In this document: positions 22,244-29,914 of the stretch, one piece after another
Layout of the letters: each line of letters begins with the position of its first letter
Position numbering within the stretch: the stretch's first letter is position 1
DNA from: an uncultured Oscillospiraceae bacterium
Lineage (GTDB): Bacteria; Bacillota; Clostridia; Oscillospirales; Oscillospiraceae
Direction of reading: 5' to 3'
Length of the DNA stretch: 64,000 nucleotides
NCBI GenBank assembly: GCA_947625285.1
Contig: CANQNS010000007.1
Location: 11,253 to 75,252 of the forward strand
Position numbers and translations under genes: made by a program
Notes under the pieces: model-generated
What the model saw: only the letters and a program-made list of their open reading frames with translations
The model's database searches: none
What the model was told of the DNA's origin: nothing

Positions 22244-23575
22244 TTATGGGACGGGGGTCTGCTCCAGGGCCTTGTTCAGCTCGTCCAGTATCTCGATGAC
22301 GCAGCCGTCGATGTTCCGGTCGTCCCCTTCGGATACGAGCATGTGCAGAGCGCTGGCCTGGGTCTGGCCGGCCTCATCGGTCCAGACGTAGTCGATGCGG
22401 GCCTGGAGATGCAGGGCGAACAAGGCCATGGCGTCCTCGTAGGTCCCCAGCCGCCGGACGGCCAGGCCGTCCCCGTAGGCCAGGTTGTCGGCCATGAACT
22501 CATAGCTCTGGCGGCTCATGTAATAGTCTGCCAGCCCATCGTCGTCCAGCTCCCAGAAGGCCACCGGCTCCGCAGTCAGGATCATGGGGTCTGCCGCCAG
22601 GGACGAGACAAGCTCCCCGCAGGCCTCCGCCAGAGCGGGAAGGTCTCTCTCCTCCATGCAGCGGATAATCGACCGCACATCCGGTTCCCAGCGGGAGGGA
22701 TCCCAGCCCGGGGCCACTGCGGCGGGTGTGGGCGCCGGGGCCCGCCGGCCCAGCTCGTAGCCGCCCCAGAGGGCGCCGACCAGGAGGATCAGCACCGCGC
22801 AGGCTGCGGCGATCAGGCTCCAGGCCGGCAGTTCCCGGCGGGCCAGGTACCGCGCCAGCGCCTTTTTCAGTACCGCTGTGTCCGGCCAACGGCGGGCGGG
22901 ATCATAGGCGCAGCAGCGGCGCAGGATGCGCTCCAAAGGTTTGTCCCGGCCGGCAAGGCGGGGCGGCGTGTCCGCGTATCCCCCCGCGAGAGCGTATGTC
23001 AGAACCCGGCCCAGGCCGAAAATATCTGTGCGCACGTCCGTCTGACCGGAGCCATATTGCTCCGGGGCGGCATAGCCCCGGGTGCCCAGGCAGACCGTGT
23101 CCTCGTCCTGGCCGGACTTATAGGTGCGGGCGGCGCCCAAGTCGATGAGCCGGACTCGGCCGGTCTCCGTGAGCAGGATGTTCTCCGGCTTCAGGTCCCG
23201 ATGGATGATCGGGGGCGCCGCAGCGTGCAGCGCACCCAGTGCGTCGCAGAGCTTTATGCCCAGTCGGGCCGTCTCCGGCCCGGTCAGGGCGCCGTCCCGC
23301 CGGATCAGTTCCTCCAGGGTGGCGCCGGGAAGATAGTCCCGCAGCAGCCGGCAGACGCCGTCCTCCTCCCAAAGCTCCAGCGTCCGGGAGGCGCCGGGCA
23401 GAGAGCGCAGCATTTCATATTCCTGCCGCAGACGGTCCGCGTCCCGGCCGGCTGCCTGTTTGCAGACGAGCCGGTCCCAGGGCTCCCCCCGCTTTTCCAG
23501 CAGATATGTCTTTCGGTCCCCGTCCTCTTTCAGAAGCCGGAGGGCCCTGTAGGGACCGCTTTTGAATTCATTCAC
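22244..23575 (-). CDS. Membrane-anchored Hanks-type Ser/Thr protein kinase with an uncharacterised extracytoplasmic domain
   Basis: Catalytic loop IHRDLKPENILL, DLG (in place of DFG), and GTRGYAAPE. One TM segment (WSLIAAACAVLILLVGALWGGY). The C-terminal ~170 aa contains no PASTA repeats. GTG start at 23575 overlaps the upstream stop (GTGAATGA). The 73 upstream codons of the track ORF overlap the HTH gene. Confidence 0.85.
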   Translation of the reverse strand: MNEFKSGPYRALRLLKEDGDRKTYLLEKRGEPWDRLVCKQAAGRDADRLRQEYEMLRSLPGASRTLELWEEDGVCRLLRDYLPGATLEELIRRDGALTGPETARLGIKLCDALGALHAAAPPIIHRDLKPENILLTETGRVRLIDLGAARTYKSGQDEDTVCLGTRGYAAPEQYGSGQTDVRTDIFGLGRVLTYALAGGYADTPPRLAGRDKPLERILRRCCAYDPARRWPDTAVLKKALARYLARRELPAWSLIAAACAVLILLVGALWGGYELGRRAPAPTPAAVAPGWDPSRWEPDVRSIIRCMEERDLPALAEACGELVSSLAADPMILTAEPVAFWELDDDGLADYYMSRQSYEFMADNLAYGDGLAVRRLGTYEDAMALFALHLQARIDYVWTDEAGQTQASALHMLVSEGDDRNIDGCVIEILDELNKALEQTPVP

Positions 23576-23972
23576 GGGCTGCCTCCAAAAGAGCGTCCAG
23601 CTGGTCCAGGGACAGGCGCTTTTCAATGGCGAATATGACCGCCGCGTCCTCCCGGACCCGGGGATATAGGGGCGATCGGCCCCCGATTTGCAGGAGCCTG
23701 TTCGTCCCGGCCAGGTCCAGCTCCAGCAGGACCGCCAGGCGGATGAGCGCGGCGCGGGTTGGGCGCCGTGTGCCGTTGAAGAGCTGATAGCCATAGGAGC
23801 GGTCCAGCCCCAGGGCCCGGATGGCGTCCTTGGTGGTCATGCCCCGCTCCGCCAGCAGGGCGCACATATAGATGGCTGCCGGCGGACAGGAATAGTCGGG
23901 GTCCCGGAGAAAAGCGGGGGCCTCCGTTTCCCGATCCCGTATGCTGTTGAGAAGCTCCTGTGTGCTTTTCAT
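23568..23972 (-). CDS. XRE-type helix-turn-helix domain protein
   Basis: 134 aa. The HTH region is MTTKDAIRALGLDRSYGYQLFNGTRRPTRAALIRLAVLLELD. It is translationally coupled to the downstream kinase. Confidence 0.75.
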   Translation of the reverse strand: MKSTQELLNSIRDRETEAPAFLRDPDYSCPPAAIYMCALLAERGMTTKDAIRALGLDRSYGYQLFNGTRRPTRAALIRLAVLLELDLAGTNRLLQIGGRSPLYPRVREDAAVIFAIEKRLSLDQLDALLEAARE

Positions 23973-24006
23973 GGGCCCTCCCCCTGTGGGCAGTGTCCGC
24001 CTTCTT

Positions 24007-25281
24007 CTATTTGTCGGCGGGCTTTCTTGTGACCTTCACCCGTTCCACCCGTTTGCCGTCGGACCCCAGCACGGTCAGCTCCAGGTCCCCGTATGTCACG
24101 GTGCAGCCGGCGGGGGCGTCCCCCTCCCGCAGCTCCATGACCCAGCCGCCCACGGTCTCGCTCTCGAAGTCAAAGCGGTCGCCGTCCAGGCCCACCAGCT
24201 CCAGAAAGTCCCCGATGGGCAGGTCGCCGTCCAGCTCCCAGCTGTCCTCGGAGGTCTTTACGATGTCCTCCTCCACCTGATCCGTCTCGTCCCAGATGTC
24301 GCCCACCAGATATTCCAGCACGTCCTCCATGGTGATGACGCCGGCGGTGCCGCCGTACTCGTCGGTGACGATGGCGAGGTGGGTCTGCCGCTGGCGGAGC
24401 TTTTCCAGCACCGCCGGGAGCTTGACCGTCTTGTATATCCAGCAGGGCTCGGTGAGAAGGCTCCGCAGGTCGATGTTATGCCCCTCGTCCAGCAGCGCCC
24501 GGTACAGGGTGTTCAGATGCAGCACGCCGATGATGTTGTCCGTGTCGCCCTCGTACACCGGCAGCCGGGAGTAGGGCACGTCGCTGACCTGCTCCAAGAT
24601 CTTATCCAGCCCGTCGTCGATGTTCAGGGCGGTCATATCCACCCTGGCGGTCATGGCCTGGCTGGCGGACACGTCCCCGAAGTCCAGGGCTGCCTGCAAA
24701 AGCTCGCTCTGGTCGTCGTCCAGCACGTCCTCGTCCTGGGCGGTCTCGATGATGGATTGCAGCTCCTCCACCGCCGCCTCCTGGGCGTCCTCGGGCACGT
24801 CCCCCTTCAGGGGCCGGGCGATGAACCGGGTGGCCGTCACTGCGCACCAGACCAGGGGCGAGAGGATCAGCGCCAGCGCCCGGATGGGGCCCGCCACCGC
24901 CAGTGTCAGGCGGTTGGCGTTTTTCTTTGCCAGGATCTTGGGGATGGTCTCACCGAAGATGATCACCAGCACGGTGACGATCACCGTGGCCGCCGTGGAG
25001 CACAGGCCGTCCGCCACCCCCATGCGCACCGCCACGGTGATGGCGATGACGGAGCTGATGGAGCTGGCCGCCACGTTCACCAGGTTGTTGCCGATGAGGA
25101 TGGCCCCCAGGGCCTTGTCAAAATCGTCCAGCAGGGCCAGGGCTGTTTTGGCGGCGCGGCTGCCATCGTCCGCCGTGCCCTCCAGCCGGAGCCGGTTGGC
25201 GGCGGAAAGGGCCATTTCCGAGGCGGAGAAGAAGGCCGACAGGGCCAGACACACCAGCAGCGCGAGGATATAGGCGATCAT
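24007..25281 (-). CDS. CNNM/HlyC-CorC family transporter (DUF21-CBS pair-CorC_HlyC)
   Basis: MIAYILALLVCLALSAFFSASEMAL DUF21 start, a CBS pair, and a C-terminal CorC_HlyC domain (GGWVMELREG...). The ATG at 25279-25281 overlaps the upstream stop (ATGA). Confidence 0.9.
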   Translation of the reverse strand: MIAYILALLVCLALSAFFSASEMALSAANRLRLEGTADDGSRAAKTALALLDDFDKALGAILIGNNLVNVAASSISSVIAITVAVRMGVADGLCSTAATVIVTVLVIIFGETIPKILAKKNANRLTLAVAGPIRALALILSPLVWCAVTATRFIARPLKGDVPEDAQEAAVEELQSIIETAQDEDVLDDDQSELLQAALDFGDVSASQAMTARVDMTALNIDDGLDKILEQVSDVPYSRLPVYEGDTDNIIGVLHLNTLYRALLDEGHNIDLRSLLTEPCWIYKTVKLPAVLEKLRQRQTHLAIVTDEYGGTAGVITMEDVLEYLVGDIWDETDQVEEDIVKTSEDSWELDGDLPIGDFLELVGLDGDRFDFESETVGGWVMELREGDAPAGCTVTYGDLELTVLGSDGKRVERVKVTRKPADK

Positions 25282-26564
25282 TTGCCCTCCCCTCCTTCCG
25301 CTGCCGGCCGGGGCAGCCGGCGGACCGTCAGTTTGCGGACCCGGTGCTGGTGTACGTCGGAGACGGTGAGCTCCAGGTCGTGGTAGGTGAATTTGTCCCG
25401 CTGGGCGGGCATCAGGTCGAAGTGCTCCAGGGTCCACTCGGCCAGGGGCTTATGGATCAGGTCCTGGTCGTTTTCCGGGTCCTCGTAATCCAGCGCGTCG
25501 AACAGGTCGTTCACGTCCATCCGGGCGTCCACCTCGTACCGGCCGCCGCCCACGGGCTGGAAGTATTCCTCCACCTCGTCCTCCTCGTCCCAGATCTCGC
25601 CCACCAGCTCCTCCAATATGTCCTCCACCGTCACCACGCCCAGGGTGCCGCCCCAGGCGTCGGTGACGATGGCTATGTTGAGCCGGTTGCGGCTCAGCTC
25701 CGGCAGCAGGTCGTCCACGTTGGCGGTGGCCGGCACGAAATAGGCCGGGTCCAGCAGGCCCCGCAGGTCCAGGGCCTCTCCCTGTGCCAGCCAGGCCTTG
25801 ATGTACTTGCGTATCTGCAAGACGCCGATGATGTTGTCGATGTTGCCCTCATAGACCGGCAGGCGGGTGTGCCGCTGGGAGCGGATGAAATCCAGCACCC
25901 GGTCCGCGCTCCAGGCCAGGTCGATGGCGGCCATGTCCACCCGGGAGGTGAGCACGTGCTCCACGGTGATGCCGGAGAACTCCAGCGCGGCCTGGACCAG
26001 ATCCCCCCGGTCCTCCGCCAGACTGCCGGCGTCGGTCATGTCCTCCACCAGATCGTACAGCTCGTCCTCGGTGACGGACACCTCGCCCTCGCCCCGGGAG
26101 AGCCTGGCGGCGGCCTGGCCGACGGCGGTCAGCGCCGCCGCCACAGGGGCGAAAAAGCGCATAAAAAAGCACAGCGAACCGGCGGTGCCCAGGCAGAACC
26201 GCTCGCTGTATTTTTTGGCTATGGTCTTGGGGAGCATCTCCCCGATAAAGAACAGGATCAGCGTGGTGAAAACGGTGCCCCACGCCACGGCCCCCATGCC
26301 CCACCGATGGGTCGCCAGAACGGTGACCACCGCCGCGGCGGACAGGTGGGCGATGTTGGTACCGATAAGGATCGTCGTGATGGCCCGGTCGAAGTTGTCC
26401 AGCACCCACATGGCCTTTTTGGCCCTGTGGTCGCCCTTCTCCTGGCGGACCCGGATGCGGCTGCGGGATACGGAGGCGAAGGCCGTCTCCGCGAAGGCGA
26501 AGTACATAGCCATGCCCACCAGCGCGATGAGAAACAGGATAGACAGCCAACTGCCATCATCCAT
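25278..26564 (-). CDS. CNNM/HlyC-CorC family transporter, paralog
   Basis: Same architecture (FAETAFASVSRSRIRV..., CBS pair, LAEWTLEHFD...). The ATG at 26564 (MDDGSWLSILF) is preferred; the track ORF begins at the TTG at 26594. Confidence 0.9.
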   Translation of the reverse strand: MDDGSWLSILFLIALVGMAMYFAFAETAFASVSRSRIRVRQEKGDHRAKKAMWVLDNFDRAITTILIGTNIAHLSAAAVVTVLATHRWGMGAVAWGTVFTTLILFFIGEMLPKTIAKKYSERFCLGTAGSLCFFMRFFAPVAAALTAVGQAAARLSRGEGEVSVTEDELYDLVEDMTDAGSLAEDRGDLVQAALEFSGITVEHVLTSRVDMAAIDLAWSADRVLDFIRSQRHTRLPVYEGNIDNIIGVLQIRKYIKAWLAQGEALDLRGLLDPAYFVPATANVDDLLPELSRNRLNIAIVTDAWGGTLGVVTVEDILEELVGEIWDEEDEVEEYFQPVGGGRYEVDARMDVNDLFDALDYEDPENDQDLIHKPLAEWTLEHFDLMPAQRDKFTYHDLELTVSDVHQHRVRKLTVRRLPRPAAEGGEGK

Positions 26565-26607
26565 AGGGAAAAACCACCTCTTGCTTTCAACCAAAAATCA
26601 ATGTAGC

Positions 26608-26636
26608 ATTATAGCACAGGAAAAAATTTTCGTCAA
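26608..26636 (-). promoter_or_regulatory. Candidate extended -10 promoter of the CNNM pair
   Basis: Minus strand shows TTGACG (26631-26636), a 17-nt spacer, then gTGcTATAAT (-10 at 26608-26613). Confidence 0.5.
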
Positions 26637-26703
26637 CCGAGCGAACCTTTCAGCCCTCCGCGGCGATATACAGGGCGTACAGACCAGCGGAAGGAGGCGG
26701 CCC

Positions 26704-27216
26704 ATGAGCGGCTTGCGCGCGAAAGTCGATATGGACGCCGTAGTGGACCGGCACGGTCCGGCGGTATACCGCTTCTGCCGGAGCCTGGCCTTTTCCCGGG
26801 AGGACGCGGAGGATCTTTTTCAGGACACCTTTTTAAAGGCGGCGGAGCGGCCGGAGAGGCTGGCCGGCGACCCGCTGCGGCGGCTGTATTCCACGGCCCT
26901 GAGCCTGTGGCGGAGCCGGAAGCGGAAAATAGCCCGGCGGCAGCGCGTGGCCCCCACGGGACCCCTGCCGGAAACGCCCGTTTCCGGCGGCGCGGACCCG
27001 GAGGAACGGGTCCTGGCCCGGGAGGAGGCGGCGCGGGTCCGGGAGCTGGCGGCCGCCCTGCCGGAGAAGTACCGGCTGCCGCTGACGCTGTACTATTCCG
27101 CGGAGATGAAGGTAAACGAGATCGCTTTGACGCTCTCTCTGCCGGAGGGGACGGTGAAACGCCGTCTGTATACGGCACGGAAAATGGTGGAGAAAGGATT
27201 GGCGGAGGATGAATAA
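26704..27216 (+). CDS. ECF-type RNA polymerase sigma factor (sigma-70 family)
   Basis: Region 2 (VYRFCRSLAFSREDAEDLFQDTFLKA) and region 4 (LPEKYRLPLTLYYSAEMKVNEIALTLSLPEGTVKRRLYTARK). SD GGAAGGAGG lies 6 nt before the ATG at 26704. Only the last 170 codons of the long track ORF are real. Confidence 0.88.
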   Translation: MSGLRAKVDMDAVVDRHGPAVYRFCRSLAFSREDAEDLFQDTFLKAAERPERLAGDPLRRLYSTALSLWRSRKRKIARRQRVAPTGPLPETPVSGGADPEERVLAREEAARVRELAAALPEKYRLPLTLYYSAEMKVNEIALTLSLPEGTVKRRLYTARKMVEKGLAEDE

Positions 27217-28336
27217 CGAAGATAGGACCGACGAGCTGCTCCGCCGGGCCCTGGGGGGCGTGGAGGCCCCCGGCGACGCCCTTCTCCGGCAGGTGAAGGC
27301 GTCCGTGAGAAAGGAGCAGGATATGAAAACGACGAAAACCACCAAGCGGATCGCGACCCTGGCCCTGGCGGCCGCGCTGCTGCTGGCGTTGGGAGCCACC
27401 GCCTACGCCGCGCTGGACGCGGGGGACTGGTTCAAGGACTGGTTCGCGGACCAGACCCGCAGCGAGCTGACGGATGGACAGAAAGCCTATGTGGACCAGG
27501 CGGCCGCGGGGGTGGGCCAGTCCGTCACCGCCGACGGCTGGACCGTGACGCTGGAGTCGGCCATGACCGACGGGCAGTACTGTTATATGAAGCTGGACAT
27601 CCGGGCCCCGGAGGGGCTGGAGGCGGAGGGGAATTTTGCGCCCTTCCCGGACGGGACCCTGGTAAGCACGGACCCCAACGCGCCGGGAGACCTGTTTTCC
27701 GGCGGCGGGAGCTGCGTGCCGGTGGAGGACACGGCGGAGGGCGCGTACGGCTTCATGCTGGAAAAGAGCATCCCCATGGAGCTGCGCGGCCAGGCGGTGG
27801 ACTGGTCCTGCCCCCTGACGCTGACGCTGGACCAGTTGACGGACGGCCGGGAGAACGGGCTGGGGCTTCTGAGCCAGGGCCCCTGGTCCTTTCAATTCAC
27901 CGTGACCCCGCCGGAAAAGCGGGAGATCGAACTGGTGACGGAGCCCTTTACCGCCACGGGCCGGATCGACACCTATTATTACAAGGGCGTGCCCATGGAC
28001 CAGGTGGAGCTGAAGCCGGGCATGATGATGGACTCCCATAACGGCCTCACGGTGGAGACAGAGGAGGTGGACGTGACGGTCACATCCCTGAAGCTGTCCC
28101 CCATGGGCGCGGTATGCACCTATGAATACCCCCATGACAAGCAGCCCAACCTGGACCCCTGGGGACTGGAGATCGCCTTCGCCGGGGGCACGGCGGAGCT
28201 GGCCGGCTGCAGCAATCACTGGCCGGAGGAGGACGAGGACGTGTGCGTCATGTCCATCGAATTCGCCGCCCCCATCGATCTGGACGAGGTGACCGCCGTC
28301 ACCTTCCAGGGCCAGGAGCTGACTGTCCCGGACTGA
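27209..28336 (+). CDS. Anti-sigma factor-like membrane protein (DUF4179-like extracytoplasmic domain)
   Basis: Overlaps the sigma gene stop by 8 nt. It has a short cytoplasmic N-terminus, one TM segment (IATLALAAALLLALGATAYA), and an extracellular beta-rich domain (VTADGWTVTLESAMTDGQYCYMKLDI). Confidence 0.7.
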   Translation: MNNEDRTDELLRRALGGVEAPGDALLRQVKASVRKEQDMKTTKTTKRIATLALAAALLLALGATAYAALDAGDWFKDWFADQTRSELTDGQKAYVDQAAAGVGQSVTADGWTVTLESAMTDGQYCYMKLDIRAPEGLEAEGNFAPFPDGTLVSTDPNAPGDLFSGGGSCVPVEDTAEGAYGFMLEKSIPMELRGQAVDWSCPLTLTLDQLTDGRENGLGLLSQGPWSFQFTVTPPEKREIELVTEPFTATGRIDTYYYKGVPMDQVELKPGMMMDSHNGLTVETEEVDVTVTSLKLSPMGAVCTYEYPHDKQPNLDPWGLEIAFAGGTAELAGCSNHWPEEDEDVCVMSIEFAAPIDLDEVTAVTFQGQELTVPD

Positions 28337-28361
28337 CAGATGAAAAAACGATACGGGCGGA

Positions 28362-28390
28362 GCGGCCCCCTCGACCGAGGGGGCCGCTTT
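28362..28390 (+). terminator. Intrinsic terminator after the anti-sigma gene
   Basis: GC-rich 12-bp stem gcggccccctcg/cgagggggccgc, followed by TTTG. Confidence 0.65.
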
Positions 28391-28502
28391 GTCCGCCCGG
28401 GTGAGATGTTTGCCATTTCTGTCGAATGATGGTAAACTAAAACCATCGGAACGCGCAACACTAATTTAAAAATAGCGAAGTGCGGTCTTATGGCCGAAAA
28501 GA

Positions 28503-28531
28503 TTGCAAAACAGTTACAAGTATGCTATACT
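28503..28531 (+). promoter_or_regulatory. Candidate sigma-A promoter of the sortase gene
   Basis: TTGCAA (28503-28508), a 17-nt spacer, then TATACT (28526-28531). Confidence 0.5.
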
Positions 28532-28591
28532 GTCGGACACGAGAGAGCCCGGCCGGTCCGGCGGACCGGCGCAGATAGTGAGGTGTGAGCC

Positions 28592-29854
28592 ATGGCGAGG
28601 AATATGGGTCCCAACGACTGGGATTGGGATGAACTGGATTGGCTGGAGGAGATGCCCCTGGACGATATCCCGGAGCCGACGCCCCGGCCGGCTCCGCCGT
28701 GCACTGCCCCCCGGCAGCAGGCCCCGAAGCAGCAGGCTCCGAGACAGCAAGCCCCCCGGCAGCAAGCTCCGAGACAACAGGCACCGAGACAACAGGCCCC
28801 GAGACAGCAAGCCCCGAGACAGCAGGCACCGAGACAACAGGCACCGAGGCAGCAAGCTCCGAGACAGCAAGCCCCGAGACAGCAGGCACCGAGACAACAG
28901 GCACCGAGGCAGCAAGCTCCGAGACAGCAAGCCCCGAGACAGCAGGCACCGAGACAACAGGCACCGAGGCAGCAAGCTCCGAGACAACAGGCACCCAGGC
29001 AGGAGTACCGCCAGGTGGCGGTAGAGCCGGAGGGCTTCCGGCCCCGCCGCCGGGGCATCCAAAAGCAGAACATACCGCTGATCATCCTGGTGGCGGTGCT
29101 GGTGGGCGGCGTGCTGTTCGCCGGCGGGAAGCTGGGGTCCATGCTGCTGGACTATCACCGGGACCGGTCCGCCTACGACGCGCTGGCGGACGCGGCCATC
29201 TCCGGCCTGGCGGAGCCCAACGCCACCACGGAGCCCGGCGCGACGCCGGACCCCTCCCAGAACCAGAAGCCCGCTTCCGAGGCTCCCTTCTCCGTGAACT
29301 GGGAGTATCTGCAAGGCTCGAACCCGGATGTGGTGGGGTGGCTTTTCTGCGCCGACACCAGCATCAACTACCCGGTGGTCCAGACCTCGGACAACGACTT
29401 TTATCTGCACCGGGGCTTTGACAAGCAGCCCAACAACGCCGGGGCCCTGTTCGCGGATTACAACGCCGCCATCGGCGTGACCTACAGCAACTTCATCATC
29501 TACGGCCACAACATGAAAGACGGTTCCATGTTCGCCACGGTGGAGAAGTATCTGGACCCGAATTTTTACACCCAGCATCCCTATATGTACTTTATGACGC
29601 CCACGCAGAATTACCGGGTGGAGCTGATATCGGCCCACATCGTGGAGTCGTCGCTGAACAACTATCCGGGCTTTTTCGGCGGCGACGGGGATTATCAGCA
29701 GTATCTGAACGAGATAACCTCCCGCTCCTCGTTCTATACCCAGTCCTCCGTCTCCACGGGTTACCAGCTCATGACTATGTCCACCTGTGACTATTCCGGC
29801 AGCTACACCGACCCCCGGTGTCTGCTCCAGGGCCTGCTGGTGCCCATCGCGTAA
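28592..29854 (+). CDS. Class B sortase-like transpeptidase with a long repetitive cytoplasmic N-terminal extension
   Basis: C-terminal sortase domain (VVGWLFCADTSINYPVVQTSDNDFYLH, catalytic His in IIYGHNMKDGSMF, catalytic Cys in LMTMSTCDY). One TM segment (IPLIILVAVLVGGVLFAGG). The N-terminus has an acidic W/D-rich head plus 19 QQAP(R/K) pentapeptides. Confidence 0.85.
   Translation: MARNMGPNDWDWDELDWLEEMPLDDIPEPTPRPAPPCTAPRQQAPKQQAPRQQAPRQQAPRQQAPRQQAPRQQAPRQQAPRQQAPRQQAPRQQAPRQQAPRQQAPRQQAPRQQAPRQQAPRQQAPRQQAPRQQAPRQEYRQVAVEPEGFRPRRRGIQKQNIPLIILVAVLVGGVLFAGGKLGSMLLDYHRDRSAYDALADAAISGLAEPNATTEPGATPDPSQNQKPASEAPFSVNWEYLQGSNPDVVGWLFCADTSINYPVVQTSDNDFYLHRGFDKQPNNAGALFADYNAAIGVTYSNFIIYGHNMKDGSMFATVEKYLDPNFYTQHPYMYFMTPTQNYRVELISAHIVESSLNNYPGFFGGDGDYQQYLNEITSRSSFYTQSSVSTGYQLMTMSTCDYSGSYTDPRCLLQGLLVPIA
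28715..28999 (+). repeat. In-frame 15-bp tandem repeat (19 units), including a perfect 3x60-bp higher-order repeat
   Basis: The units encode QQAP(R/K). The printed lines 28801-28860, 28861-28920 and 28921-28980 are letter-for-letter identical. The perfect tract runs about 28799-28986. Confidence 0.95.
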
Positions 29855-29870
29855 AAGCCGCAAAACAAAG

Positions 29871-29907
29871 CGCGTCCCCGTCCGGCCGGACGGGGACGCG
29901 GGTTTTT
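29871..29907. terminator. Bidirectional intrinsic terminator between the sortase (+) and yfhO-like (-) genes
   Basis: Perfect 15-bp palindrome cgcgtccccgtccgg/ccggacggggacgcg. T5 lies downstream on the plus strand, and an A-rich tract lies upstream (T-rich on the minus strand). Confidence 0.8.
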
Positions 29908-29914
29908 CAGGGAC

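Noticed and set aside
25867-26703. Upstream 279 codons of the plus-strand ORF 25867-27216
   Set aside because: They are antisense to the second CNNM transporter. The sigma-factor homology, SD and ATG begin only at 26704.
26640-26703. Possible ECF-type autoregulated promoter (GAACC ... CGATA) upstream of the sigma gene
   Set aside because: The match to ECF -35/-10 consensus is weak and the spacing ambiguous. It cannot be supported without the cognate motif from paralogous promoters.
26633-28219. 528-aa minus-strand ORF opposite the ECF sigma/anti-sigma genes
   Set aside because: The plus-strand genes have clear sigma-70 region 2/4 motifs, an SD and translational coupling. The antisense translation is low-complexity and R/G/P-rich.
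28715-28999. Possible CRISPR array suggested by regular short repeats
   Set aside because: The units are contiguous 15-bp repeats with no spacers. They lie inside a coding frame, and no cas genes are present in the window.
28488-29142. Minus-strand ORFs encoding striking peptide repeats (VSELAASVPVVSVPAVSGLA..., and (CCLGA)n)
   Set aside because: They are mirror-frame readings of the 15-bp QQAPR repeat. The plus frame is continuous with a bona fide sortase catalytic domain, an SD and a promoter, so the minus-strand repeats are by-products.
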